A model generated the notes under the pieces. It was not told where the DNA came from. It saw nothing but the letters and a program-made list of their open reading frames with translations, and made no database searches. A stretch of 64,000 nucleotides of DNA, taken from contig CAXWPH010000012.1 of NCBI GenBank assembly GCA_963666055.2, positions 320,001-384,000 of the forward strand. The letters are read 5' to 3'. Both the position numbers and the translations under genes were made by a program. Source of the DNA: Acidobacteriota bacterium. GTDB lineage: Bacteria; Acidobacteriota; UBA890; WLXD01. Shown here piece by piece: positions 18,502 to 28,117 of the stretch; the first letter of the stretch is position 1; every line of letters starts with the position of its first letter.

Positions 18502-18551
18502 CGGCTACCTTGAAGGGCTTTCAACAACGCGCGCCACGATCGGAGGCACCT

Positions 18552-20048
18552 ATGGGCAATGTCCTCGCGCTCGACCAGGGAACCACCAGCAGCCGTGCGA
18601 TAGTTTTCAACGCCGACGGCCTCACGCTCGGCCAGGCGCAGCAGGAGTTCGAACAGATCTTCCCGCGCCCGGGTTGGGTAGAACACGACCCGTCCGAGAT
18701 ATGGCAAACGCAGCTCGCGGTGGCGCGAGATGCCCTCGCAGCCGCCGGACTAGCGGCGCACGAGGTCGCCGCGATCGGCATCACCAACCAGCGCGAGACC
18801 ACCGTGCTGTGGGACCGTGATACCGGTGAGCCGATCCACAACGCCATTGTCTGGCAGGATCGGCGCACAGCGGAGCGTTGCGACGAGCTTCGATCCGGGT
18901 CGACGGCTACGTTGTTCCGAGAGTGCACGGGGCTGCAGATTGACCCGTACTTCTCCGGTACGAAGGTGGCATGGCTGCTCGATCACGTTGACGGGGCGCG
19001 CCAACGCGCCGAGGCGGGCGAATTGGCGTTCGGCACGGTCGACTCTTGGTTGCTCTGGAACCTGACCGGGGGCCGCGTCCACGCCACCGACGCCAGCAAT
19101 GCCTCGCGCACACTCCTCTTCGACATTCACACGCAGACCTGGCACCCCGAGCTGCTGGCTGCCCTCGACGTGCCCGCCGCGGTACTCCCCACCGTACGCG
19201 ACTCGAGCGAAGTGTACGGCGAAACCGATCCTGGTTTGCTCGGTGGCGCCATTCCGGTGGCCGGCATCGCCGGCGATCAGCAGGCGGCGCTGTTCGGCCA
19301 GATGTGCGTGCAACCCGGCATGTCCAAGAACACCTACGGTACCGGCTGCTTCCTGCTCATGAACACCGGCCCCGAGCCGGTGGCGTCCGACAACGGCCTG
19401 CTCACGACCGTCGCGTGGCGGCTGGGCGGACAGACGACATACGCACTCGAAGGCTCGGTGTTCATCGGCGGAGCGGCGGTGCAATGGCTGCGCGATGGCC
19501 TCGGAATCATCGACTCCGCGTCGGACGTAGAGACGCTGGCAGCGCAAGTGGACGACAGCGGTGATATCTACTGCGTCCCGGCGTTCGCCGGCCTCGGGGC
19601 GCCGCACTGGGATGCCTATGCGCGCGGCGCCGTGCTCGGGATCACCCGCGGCACCAGTGCGGCCCACCTGGCTCGAGCCACCCTCGAAGGAATAGCCCAC
19701 CAGGTCGCCGACGTGCTCGAGGCGATGGTGGCCGACTCCGGGGTGCAGATTCCGGAGCTGCGCGTCGACGGCGGCGCGGCAGCCAACGATCTACTCCTCC
19801 AGATCCAGGCAAACCTCATCGGTGCCCGGGTCGTGCGACCCACGCAGCTCGAATCGACGGCGCTCGGTGCTGCCTACCTAGCGGGGCTAGCGACCGGTGT
19901 ATGGGACAACACCGACGAGCTCGCTCGCCGATGGGGCATCGAATCCCTGTTCGAGCCGCAACTAGCAGATGAGGAGGTGGCCTCGATGCGTTCAGGCTGG
20001 AGCAAAGCGGTGCAACGGTGCCGTGGCTGGGCCCGCGAAGGGCCGTGA
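18552..20048 (+). CDS. glpK: Glycerol kinase
   Basis: [56 protein letters not shown]. Confidence 0.96.
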   Translation: MGNVLALDQGTTSSRAIVFNADGLTLGQAQQEFEQIFPRPGWVEHDPSEIWQTQLAVARDALAAAGLAAHEVAAIGITNQRETTVLWDRDTGEPIHNAIVWQDRRTAERCDELRSGSTATLFRECTGLQIDPYFSGTKVAWLLDHVDGARQRAEAGELAFGTVDSWLLWNLTGGRVHATDASNASRTLLFDIHTQTWHPELLAALDVPAAVLPTVRDSSEVYGETDPGLLGGAIPVAGIAGDQQAALFGQMCVQPGMSKNTYGTGCFLLMNTGPEPVASDNGLLTTVAWRLGGQTTYALEGSVFIGGAAVQWLRDGLGIIDSASDVETLAAQVDDSGDIYCVPAFAGLGAPHWDAYARGAVLGITRGTSAAHLARATLEGIAHQVADVLEAMVADSGVQIPELRVDGGAAANDLLLQIQANLIGARVVRPTQLESTALGAAYLAGLATGVWDNTDELARRWGIESLFEPQLADEEVASMRSGWSKAVQRCRGWAREGP

Positions 20049-21605
20049 ACCGCGACACGATGCTGCGCCGGCTCGACGAGCCGGGGCGCTGGGACATCGT
20101 CGTTGTGGGAGGCGGAGCCACCGGCCTGGGATGCGCTGTAGACGCTGCAGCGCGCGGCTACCGAACGCTGCTGGTGGAACGCGCCGATTTCGCCTCGGGC
20201 ACCTCGAGCCGCAGTACTAAGCTCGCCCACGGCGGCGTGCGCTATCTGCAGCGCGGCGACGTGACGCTGGTTACCGAGGCGCTCCATGAGCGCGGATTGC
20301 TGCGACGCAACGCACCGCACCTGGTGCACGACCTGCAGTTCGTGGTGCCCACTTACGACTGGTGGGAAGCGCCGTTCTACGGCATCGGCTTGAAGGTCTA
20401 CGACCTGCTGGCGGGCAAGCTCGGCTTCGGCACATCGAGGATCCTGTCCAGGGAGCAGACCATCGAGCGCATCCCGACGATCGAGACCGAGGGGCTACGC
20501 GGCGGTGTCTTGTACTTCGACGGCCAGTTCGACGACGCCAGGCTGGCCATCAACCTGGCGCAGACGGCCGCCAAGCAGGGCGCCGCGCTGCTCAACTACG
20601 CCGCCGTCACCGAGTTGCTGCACCGGGACGGCTTGATCGATGGGGTGGTGGTCGAGGACCTCGAGAGCGCCGGCCGGCGCGAGATCCGCGCCCGCTCGGT
20701 GGTCAACGCCACTGGGGTCTTCGCTGACTCGATCCGCCGCCTCGACGACGCCGCGATAAAGCCGATCATCCGCGCCAGCCAGGGCATACACATCGTGCTC
20801 GATCGCGACTTCCTGCCGGGCGACAGCGCCATCATGGTTCCCCACACCGACGACGGACGGGTGTTGTTCGCCATCCCCTGGCACGGGCGGGTGCTGGTGG
20901 GCACTACCGATACGCCGGTCGAATCGATCGAGTCCGAGCCCCGGCGGTTTTCCCAACGAGGTCGATTTCCTGTTGCGTCATTGCGCCCGTTACTTGACGC
21001 GTGATCCGCAGGCGAGCGACGTGCTCAGTGTCTTCGCTGGCCTACGGCCGCTCGTCCACTCGGGAGACGGTAAGTCGACCGCCGAGATCTCACGCGACCA
21101 TACCGTCAGCGTCTCGCGCTCGGGGCTGGTAACCATTGCTGGCGGCAAATGGACCACCTATCGAAAAATGGCCCAGGACACCATCGACCAGGCCGCCGTA
21201 GTCGGCGGCCTTCCCACGCGCCCCTGCGTTACCAGCGAGATCAACGCGCACGGCTACCGTGCACACGCCGAGCGCTTCGGGAGGCTGGCGCCCTATGGCT
21301 CCGACGCACCGGCGATCGAGCAGCTGGCGGCATCCGATCCCGACTGCGCAGCGCTCCTTCATCCGAGCTTCGAGCACCGTGCCTGTGAGGTCATCTGGGC
21401 AGTGCGCGAGGAAATGGCCCGCACCGTCCACGACGTGCTGGCGCGCCGCACGCGCATGCTGTTGCTGGATGCGCGTGCCAGCATCGAGGCGGCCCCGACG
21501 GTCGCAGCTATTCTGGCGCGCGAGTTGTGCCGCGACGAGCGCTGGGCGCAAGACCAGGTGCTCGAATACGAACACCGGGCGCGCGGCTATCTGGTATCAG
21601 GCTAG
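20045..21605 (+). pseudogene. glpD: FAD-dependent glycerol-3-phosphate dehydrogenase, frameshifted near 20945-20955 (real or sequencing error)
   Basis: VVGGGATG, GTSSRSTKLAHGGVRYL, DDARL in frame 1; EVDFLL...FAGLRPL, SRDH, GGKWTTYRKMA, RRTR in the shifted frame. Confidence 0.85.
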
Positions 21606-21787
21606 AGAAGCATCAGCCGGCACTGAACGTGCTGAGCACCAGCGCGGCACCGATCACCACCGCGACACGCCGCAAAACAGCGTCCCGTAGGGCCAGGGCC
21701 AGGGCCAGCAAGTGTAGACAATACGGGTCTCTCCCCTGCCAGCCTGCCGCTCGTCGATCATTCGTCGATCCATCTCGCAGCCTTCTT

Positions 21788-21802
21788 CTACTACGGTTGT
21801 AG
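21788..21802. promoter_or_regulatory. Candidate third BlaI-type box downstream of the M56 gene
   Basis: CTAC-N7-GTAG, same pattern as the boxes at 23223 and 23243, inside an AT-rich promoter-like stretch. Confidence 0.45.
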
Positions 21803-21824
21803 GATTTAGGTTCAACAAAAAAAC

Positions 21825-22811
21825 TCACACCGAGAAAACGAGCACCCAGAGCACGGTCCACAAAAGCGCGAACGCTATGTACTGTGCGCCGAGATTCTCG
21901 GCCGGCCCGCGTCCGCTCACCAGCCGCTCGATGCGCTCCGACAGCATCGGCCGAACTCCCAGCAGCTGCGGCACGTGCTGTAGGCGGGCGGTCAATAGGC
22001 CGGTCGACTCGGTGGCGTAGCGGTAGCACTCGAGCAGTGTGGCGGCGTACCGGTCGGCGCTTCCGGTGGCGGCGACGGCTATGTCATCGCAGGCGCTCTC
22101 CTCTTCCCGATGCAGCTGGGCCGCCATCAGACCGGCCATCGGGTTCACCAGTGTCAGCGCCCGCGCCGCCCCGGCGGAGAAACAGCTCAACGGCGCGCGC
22201 AGGTAGACATGGGCGAGCTCGTGCGCGAGCACCGCATCCAGCTCGGTCTCTTGCAGCCGGTTGATCAAGCCGCGCGGGAACACAATGGTCGGCTGGTCTC
22301 CGAACACGACGGCGGGCGAGCGCAGGTCGGCGTCGGTCACCATCAAGCGGGGAGCGGGAAGCTCAGGTACCCAGTCACAATCCCCGAGCCGGTGAGCGCC
22401 GCGTTCTTTGAAGGCGCGCAGCACGCGGCCATAGGCCTCGGCCAGCGGCGGCGAGAGCTGATCCGCCGAGGTAGCACCGGCCAGCAGAATGCGCTCTGAG
22501 CGGCGCACCGCAAAGCGGCGTGTGATCAACGCCAGCCCGGTGAGCACCACCAGGATCGGGGCGACGGTCTGCGGCGGCAAGGCGCCGGCGCGCCAGCCCT
22601 CGAACACGTCACGCGGCCAACGCAAAACGAGCGTCATGCCGACCAAGACCAGGGTCGACTTGATCAGCGGCGCCATGTACAGGCACAAGCGCAGCTTGCC
22701 GTGCCGAATCCGCAACAACTGCACACCCGCGTGCACCAGCGTCCAGACGAAGGCCCCGGCTACCATCGCTGGCAACAGGTTGTAGAACAGGAAGCGGGTG
22801 ACCGGGCTCAT
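21825..22811 (-). CDS. M56-family (BlaR1/MecR1-like) membrane metallopeptidase
   Basis: N-terminal TM helices, AVLAHELAH, EESACDD; coupled to BlaI-type gene. Confidence 0.88.
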   Translation of the reverse strand: MSPVTRFLFYNLLPAMVAGAFVWTLVHAGVQLLRIRHGKLRLCLYMAPLIKSTLVLVGMTLVLRWPRDVFEGWRAGALPPQTVAPILVVLTGLALITRRFAVRRSERILLAGATSADQLSPPLAEAYGRVLRAFKERGAHRLGDCDWVPELPAPRLMVTDADLRSPAVVFGDQPTIVFPRGLINRLQETELDAVLAHELAHVYLRAPLSCFSAGAARALTLVNPMAGLMAAQLHREEESACDDIAVAATGSADRYAATLLECYRYATESTGLLTARLQHVPQLLGVRPMLSERIERLVSGRGPAENLGAQYIAFALLWTVLWVLVFSV

Positions 22812-23209
22812 CGATCGCCACCGCCCCGCTTGCGGCGGATCAACTCCTCGAGCCTGGCAAGCTCCTGATCATCGACGGCGGGCTCCGCCTCGATCAGGTA
22901 GGCGATGGCGTGAGCCGGCGAGCCCCCGTAGAGACGGCCGACCAGGGAGCTCAACAGCCTGCCTGCTACCTCGTCCTGTGCCACCGCTGGTCGATAAACG
23001 TAGGAGCGGCCCTCCTTTTGACGCCGCAGCAGACCCTTGTTTGCCAACCGCGACATCACCGTCATCACGGTCGTGTAGGCCAGCGATCGCTCCGGCTCGA
23101 GCGCCTGGCGAGCTTCGGCCACGGTGGCCTGACCGCGTTCCCAGACAACCCGCATCACCGCAGATTCGAGATCGCCTAGGCCACCCGGCTTGCTCTTGAA
23201 GTTCGCCAT
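22808..23209 (-). CDS. BlaI/MecI/CopY-family repressor
   Basis: LGDLESAVMRVVW...LAYTTVMTVMSRLANKGLLRRQKEGRSYVY. Confidence 0.92.
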   Translation of the reverse strand: MANFKSKPGGLGDLESAVMRVVWERGQATVAEARQALEPERSLAYTTVMTVMSRLANKGLLRRQKEGRSYVYRPAVAQDEVAGRLLSSLVGRLYGGSPAHAIAYLIEAEPAVDDQELARLEELIRRKRGGGDR

Positions 23210-23221
23210 CGCAGTGATTTT

Positions 23222-23258
23222 ACTACGTTCGTCGTAGTTCATCTACGACCGTCGTGGT
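23222..23258. promoter_or_regulatory. Tandem BlaI-type operators
   Basis: ACTACG-ttcgt-CGTAGT and CTACGAC-c-GTCGTGG 20 bp apart, immediately upstream of blaI; fit the TAC[AG]-N5-[CT]GTA pattern. Confidence 0.75.
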
Positions 23259-23355
23259 GACTTTGCCTTGGCGCCTTCTCTGGCGAGCGCCCAGAACCTT
23301 GGCTCGCCCAGACGAAACCCGCCGCGGTTCCGGCCGTATAGCCACCATGAGCTAG

Positions 23356-23626
23356 CAGGCCGTGCTGAAAGTGTGGTGGGTCTGGCGACAGGGTCTTGCG
23401 AAGTGCAGGCAAGGAGAGAGGAGGAGGCGATGGTTACCCCATCGTTGACGAGGAACGACGCAGCTTACGCGCGCAACCCCCTGTCGCCCAAAGGGTTACG
23501 GCGATTTGGGGCCATTTGCGGCGTTGGCCTTCCTCGACGATGGCTAGGGCATCGCCTGTGTCAGGCCGCCTGGCATCTGGCCCCAACTCGCCGTAACCAG
23601 ACCCACCACACTTTCAGCACGGCCTG
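23356..23626 (+). mobile_element. 271-bp MITE-like repeat, copy 1
   Basis: Perfect 30-bp TIR CAGGCCGTGCTGAAAGTGTGGTGGGTCTGG; flanks CTAG/CTAA; near-identical to 49106 and 53299; no transposase. Confidence 0.88.
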
Positions 23627-23652
23627 CTAACTCCATCGGCGCGGAGGCCTCC

Positions 23653-26127
23653 TTGGACGCACTACTGCAGGATATTAGGTTCGCGGTTCGACAACTCTGG
23701 AAGGACAAGGGGTTTCTGTTCACCGCCGGCCTCACCCTAGCGCTGTGCATCGGCGCCAACACGACGATCTTCAGCGTCGTCAACTCAGTTGTCTTGCAGC
23801 CGCTCGACGTGCCGGAGCCGGAGCGCCTGGTTACCATGTGGAACGCCTATCCCGGCGCCATGGCGAGCAGCGGAACGAGCCGACTTCGCGGCTCGAATAG
23901 CGCCCCCGACTTCTACGATCGCAGCGCGCTGGACGCATTCGAGTCGGTCGCGGCCTACCGGTACCAAGGTCGAAGCATCGAGATAGAGGGCACTCAGCAG
24001 CGCATCACAGCGCAGCAAGCAACGCCGTCGTTCTTCGGCGTGCTGGGCGCCGAAGCGGCACCGGGGCGAACCTTCACCGCAGCCGAGGGAGAAGACGGGC
24101 GAAACAGCGTCGTCGTGCTCAGCCACGGACTGTGGGAACAGCTATACGCCGGCGATCCGTCGGTTGTCGGATCCGAGATGCGCATCGACGCCACGCCGTT
24201 CACCATCGTCGGCATCATGCCGCGGGGATTCGCGTTCCTCGATCCGGATGTGCGCCTATGGACCGCTCTCGCGTTCACGCCCGAACGACGGCAGCAATAT
24301 CACGCCAACAACCTGACGATGTTCGCTCGCCTTCGTGCCGGCACGTCAATCGAGCAGGCGCAGCAGCAGGTCGACGCCCTCAACGCCGCCAACCTCGAGA
24401 AGATGCCGGCGCTCAAGCCATTGCTGCTGGACGCAGGCTTCCACACGCCGCTTTACGGGCTCCAGGAAGATCTGACCCACGACGTGCGCAGCGTGCTCTT
24501 CATGCTCTGGGGCGGCGTCGCCTTGGTGCTGCTGATCGGCTGCGTGAACGTCGCCAACCTGGTGCTGGTGCGCTCGACGGCCCGCTCCAAGGAGCTGGCG
24601 ACGCGCTTGGCGCTCGGCGCCCGGTATCGTCGCGTCGTTCAGCAGCTGCTGACCGAGATCGCCGTGCTGAGCATCGCCGGCGGCACGGCGGGACTACTGC
24701 TCGGACAGGCTGGCCTACGAGCGCTCGGCGCCATGGGGATCGACCAGCTGCCGCGCGCCGGCGAGATCGAGCTCGACGCCACGGCAGTCTTGTTCACGGT
24801 GACGTTGTCACTCGCGGTAGGAGTACTGGTAGCGCTCATCCCGCTCGCCGGACTGGCGCGGCTAGACCTGAGCGCCGTATTCCGGCAGGAGGGCCGTTCC
24901 GGCACCGCGTCGCGAGGACTTCGTCACCTGCGCCGGGGAATGGTGGTGGCGCAGGTGGCCTTCGCGCTCATGCTGCTGGTCGCCGCAGGCTTGCTCATGG
25001 CCAGCTTCCGCCAGCTGCTGAACGTCGATACCGGATTCGATCCGCAGGGGGTGCTGACCGGAGCTGTCTCGCTCACGCCTACCGACTATCCGGAGGACTC
25101 CGATCTGCGCGCCTTCGCCGTGGAGGCTTTGCCGGCGATCGCCAGTCTCCCCGGAGTAGAATCCGTCGGCTTCACAACCCAGATTCCGTTCGGCGGCGGC
25201 GGCAGCGACAGCGTTATCTTCGCCGAGGGCCACGTCATGGAGCCCGGAGAGTCGGCGGTCTCCCCGCAACAGAACGTGGTGACACCTGACTACTTCGCCA
25301 CGCTCGGTATCCGCGTGACGCAGGGCCGCAGCTTTGATTCACGCGACACGGCCGACGGTCTCCAGACGATCATCATCGATGAGCACCTCGCGGCGCGCTT
25401 CTGGGGCCCGGGGGAGGCGCTGGGGAAGCGCATGTGGCTACCGGGTAGCGCCGAAGACATCATGAACACCGAGAATGCGGAGTTCTTCGAGATCGTAGGG
25501 ATCGTCGAACCGGTGCAGATGGGTCGGCTCGAGCTCGGCTTCAGCGAGACCGGCGCCTATTACTTCCCCTACGAGCAGGACCCCAGAAGCGGAGTCGATA
25601 TCGCGATCCGCACCAGCGGCGACCCACGGTTGCTCACCGACACCGTGCGCCGCGTCATCGCCACCATCGACCCCGGCCTGCCGCTGTTCGACATCCGGAC
25701 ACTTCAGGAACGCCTCGATGCCTCGATGACCAACCGGCGCACCCCAATGCTGCTAGCCGCTGGCTTCAGCGGCGTCGCTCTGATGCTCGCCGCCGTGGGG
25801 ATCTATGGCGTCCTCGCCTATCTGGTTCAGCTTCGCACCAAGGAGTTTGGCATTCGGTCTGCCCTGGGAGGCGACGCGCGGTCAATCTTCGCCCTGGTGC
25901 TGCGGGAAGGCACCGCCATCCTGGGCCTCGGATTGGCGCTCGGAATGGGCGGCGCGCTGGCCCTACGTCGAGTCATCGAGAGCCAGCTGTTCGGCGTCTC
26001 GGCGATGGAGCCCGCGGTTGTCCTCACGGTGAGCGGGGTTCTGGCGGTGGTGGCGCTGTTCGCCTGCCTCATACCCGCACGCCGCGCCACGCGCATCGAC
26101 CCGATGGCGGCTCTCGCCGAGGAGTAG
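23653..26127 (+). CDS. ADOP-type duplicated MacB/FtsX ABC permease
   Basis: LLQDIRFAVRQL, LALCIGANTTIFSVV, LLIGCVNVANL, RLALGA, VGIYGVLAY, PARRATRIDPMAAL. Confidence 0.92.
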   Translation: MDALLQDIRFAVRQLWKDKGFLFTAGLTLALCIGANTTIFSVVNSVVLQPLDVPEPERLVTMWNAYPGAMASSGTSRLRGSNSAPDFYDRSALDAFESVAAYRYQGRSIEIEGTQQRITAQQATPSFFGVLGAEAAPGRTFTAAEGEDGRNSVVVLSHGLWEQLYAGDPSVVGSEMRIDATPFTIVGIMPRGFAFLDPDVRLWTALAFTPERRQQYHANNLTMFARLRAGTSIEQAQQQVDALNAANLEKMPALKPLLLDAGFHTPLYGLQEDLTHDVRSVLFMLWGGVALVLLIGCVNVANLVLVRSTARSKELATRLALGARYRRVVQQLLTEIAVLSIAGGTAGLLLGQAGLRALGAMGIDQLPRAGEIELDATAVLFTVTLSLAVGVLVALIPLAGLARLDLSAVFRQEGRSGTASRGLRHLRRGMVVAQVAFALMLLVAAGLLMASFRQLLNVDTGFDPQGVLTGAVSLTPTDYPEDSDLRAFAVEALPAIASLPGVESVGFTTQIPFGGGGSDSVIFAEGHVMEPGESAVSPQQNVVTPDYFATLGIRVTQGRSFDSRDTADGLQTIIIDEHLAARFWGPGEALGKRMWLPGSAEDIMNTENAEFFEIVGIVEPVQMGRLELGFSETGAYYFPYEQDPRSGVDIAIRTSGDPRLLTDTVRRVIATIDPGLPLFDIRTLQERLDASMTNRRTPMLLAAGFSGVALMLAAVGIYGVLAYLVQLRTKEFGIRSALGGDARSIFALVLREGTAILGLGLALGMGGALALRRVIESQLFGVSAMEPAVVLTVSGVLAVVALFACLIPARRATRIDPMAALAEE

Positions 26128-26180
26128 CCGCCGAAGCCCACCGTCGCGTTGCCCGCGCCCGTCGACCTGGCGCACCGAGT

Positions 26181-28073
26181 CTACTGTTGCCGAATACTCA
26201 ACAGCTGGTTGGACGCGATCGGACCCTCGAGAACCTGTGTCGCGCCCCCCGGCCAGGTGACCGTCACCCGGTCGACCGAGGTTGCTTCGCCGAGCCCGAA
26301 ATAGAGAGCCGTCGAGCTTTGCGACAGGTATCCCGATTTGCCATCCTGGTAGCGGGTTCGCTGTCCCTCGGCGGTGTGCACCACGACCCAGGCGCCGAGC
26401 CCGTCGCGATTAGACGCCGTGCCCTCGAGCCTCACCTTGAGCCAGTGAATCCCCTGCCGCTCGGCCAGATCGCTGAAAAGCAACTGCGGCTCGCTGTTGA
26501 ACTCGCCGGTGACGATGTCGAGGTCGCCGTCGTTGTCGAGATCGACGATCGCCGAGGCGCGTGTGCCCACCGTTCCGAGCACGCCGATCCGACCGTCCTG
26601 GCCGGCACAGTGGGTGGCCACCAACTCCGTCTCCGGTCGATCGTCGGCCCCGCAGTCGACTTCGAACCATGGGACCCTGATTCGGCCTTCCCGGCGCGGC
26701 TCGATCCCGAGGACGAACTCGGCAGCAGCGAAGCCCCCGCCACGTTGGTTGAGGCGCAACGAGTTGATCTGGTAACGGAACGGATAGTTCATGCTCGAGG
26801 CGATGAAGACATCCTCCCAGCCGTCGGCGTTGATATCGCCCACGCTGGTCCCCCAAGGCCAGAAGTTCTCGAGTCCGATGGCGTCGGAAATCTCGGTGAA
26901 GCCGCCGGCGCCATCGTTGCGATAGAAGGCATTTCCCATCATGTGGATGAACGCCTCCTGATAGAAGTAGCGGAACCGCTGCTTGTCGGATTCCCCTTCC
27001 GGCCCGACCTCGTCGTTCATGTCCGAGTGCATATCGGTCAGGAACAGGTCGAGATCGCCGTCATTATCATGATCGAACGCCTTGATACCCATGGCTCCCC
27101 ATGGGGTACGGGCGAAGTTGGCGGCAGTCCTGTCGACGAACACGCCGGCGGTGTTCTCGTAGTAATGATCGCTACCCTGCATGTTCAAGATGTACAGGTC
27201 CGGATCATTGTCGGCGTCGAAATCGACCATGCTGGCGTCGCCGCTCCACGAGTCGTCGACGAGCCCGGCAGCGGCCGACACGTCGCGGAACGCGTTGTCG
27301 CCGAGGTTGCGATAGAGAATGCTGGTCTCGCTGCGCTCGGGAAACAGGTGCCCCTCAAAAGCATCTTCCAGCGCCGTGAAGAAGCCGTCGGCGCGCTCGT
27401 CGCTCGTATAGGTGCCGACGTTGGTTACCAGCAAGTCCAGCAGGCCATCGCCGTCGTAGTCCAGGAAGACCGCGCCAGAGGAATGGCCAACATGATCCAC
27501 GCCGGCGGCGGCAGAGATATCTCGGAAGCGTCCGCCGAGGTTCTCGAACAGCGCGTTGCCGCCCCGCACACTGGTGACGAACAGATCCGGGTCGCCGTCG
27601 TTGTCGATGTCGGCGAACGAGGCGCCGACGCTGACCACGTCCGCGCGCCCTACCCCGGCACGCTCGGTAATGTTCTCGAAGCGACCGGCACCGAGATTCC
27701 GCCACAGCCCGTTGGCGCCGATCTGGTTAACGAAGTACAGGTCGAGCAACCCGTCGCCGTCGACATCGGCTACCGCCAGCCCGGTTCCGTGATCGTAGTG
27801 CGCTGCCTTGTGGGTACGCGCGGCGTCGTCGACGACGCGGTTGCGAAACGTGATGCCGCTCTCCGGGAGTCGGTCGACGAACTGGAAGTCGTGGGCCACG
27901 CTGATGCTCTCGGCAGCAGCCAGCTGGGCGGCGCGGCGTGCTTGCAGTGTTTGCTCGCCGATATCCGGGTCGGGGAACTTGACGACGGTGGCTTGATGGC
28001 CGGGCAGCAGCAGGGCCAGCAGGCCAAGGGCACTGCGCAGCCCGGTCGGCGAGCACATGCCTGCTCGTGTCAC
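26181..28073 (-). CDS. CRTAC1-like protein (FG-GAP repeats + ASPIC/UnbV domain)
   Basis: Repeated DxDxDGxxDL motifs; C-terminal SNRDGLGA...SGYLSQS..LYFGLG...VTWPGG; start uncertain. Confidence 0.88.
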   Translation of the reverse strand: MTRAGMCSPTGLRSALGLLALLLPGHQATVVKFPDPDIGEQTLQARRAAQLAAAESISVAHDFQFVDRLPESGITFRNRVVDDAARTHKAAHYDHGTGLAVADVDGDGLLDLYFVNQIGANGLWRNLGAGRFENITERAGVGRADVVSVGASFADIDNDGDPDLFVTSVRGGNALFENLGGRFRDISAAAGVDHVGHSSGAVFLDYDGDGLLDLLVTNVGTYTSDERADGFFTALEDAFEGHLFPERSETSILYRNLGDNAFRDVSAAAGLVDDSWSGDASMVDFDADNDPDLYILNMQGSDHYYENTAGVFVDRTAANFARTPWGAMGIKAFDHDNDGDLDLFLTDMHSDMNDEVGPEGESDKQRFRYFYQEAFIHMMGNAFYRNDGAGGFTEISDAIGLENFWPWGTSVGDINADGWEDVFIASSMNYPFRYQINSLRLNQRGGGFAAAEFVLGIEPRREGRIRVPWFEVDCGADDRPETELVATHCAGQDGRIGVLGTVGTRASAIVDLDNDGDLDIVTGEFNSEPQLLFSDLAERQGIHWLKVRLEGTASNRDGLGAWVVVHTAEGQRTRYQDGKSGYLSQSSTALYFGLGEATSVDRVTVTWPGGATQVLEGPIASNQLLSIRQQ

Positions 28074-28117
28074 TTTGATCTCATGTCGTCGGTCATCGAC
28101 TCGTCCGCCTCGACGGG

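Noticed and set aside
23268-23630. ORFs inside the repeat copies (e.g. MRSAGKERGGGDGYPIVDEE..., also at 49146 and 53329)
   Set aside because: They recur only because the DNA repeat recurs; no recognisable domain, and the sequence is explained by base-pairing structure.
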